Below are positions 14,759 to 14,783 of a stretch of 14,783 nt of DNA, in pieces (position 1 is the stretch's first letter; each line of letters starts with the position of its first letter). The position numbers were made by a program, and so were the translations under genes. Source of the DNA: a bacterium (GTDB lineage: Bacteria > Zhuqueibacterota > Zhuqueibacteria > Oceanimicrobiales > Oceanimicrobiaceae); assembly GCA_037446635.1 (NCBI GenBank), contig JBBIIG010000086.1, forward strand, positions 1-14,783. Direction: 5' to 3'. The notes below the pieces were generated by a model. That model made no database searches, was not told the DNA's origin, and saw nothing but the letters and a program-made list of their open reading frames with translations.

Positions 14759-14783
14759 TAATTGCTGAAGTCGATTGAAATCG

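Noticed and set aside
14547..14783. Purine riboswitch upstream of guaB
   Set aside because: No recognisable purine aptamer core by eye, and the candidate promoter leaves only a ~20-nt leader; an Rfam scan would be decisive.
1..14783. CRISPR array, tRNA/rRNA, IS element, prophage or recognisable defence genes
   Set aside because: No spaced repeats, cloverleaf, transposase, integrase or nuclease motifs were seen on manual reading.

Overview
Bacterial chromosomal window with no CRISPR array, rRNA, tRNA or transposase that I can recognise. Left block (minus strand): a 95-aa single-TM protein, a membrane HAMP-class III adenylate cyclase, and a translationally coupled gene missed by the ORF track (1187 to beyond the window edge) encoding a PorV/FadL-like outer-membrane barrel fused to TPR-like helices. 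Divergent from this are mazG and a 1063-aa secreted C10 cysteine protease (beta-helix, T9SS-like C-terminal domain) behind a good sigma54-type promoter. A convergent minus-strand operon follows: STAS anti-anti-sigma factor, a degenerate acyl-CoA-ligase-like protein lacking the C-terminal catalytic Lys motif, a non-canonical EF-G paralogue (EF-G2 type), a HIT Ap4A-phosphorylase-type protein, then an AT-rich pair of a 2-TM protein and an unannotated 32-aa membrane peptide. rpsT and guaB close the window. T9SS-like genes combined with canonical sigma70 promoters and Shine-Dalgarno sites suggest an FCB-group lineage outside Bacteroidia/Flavobacteriia, such as KSB1 or Calditrichota (inference). All calls come from manual reading and motif recognition; no searches were run.
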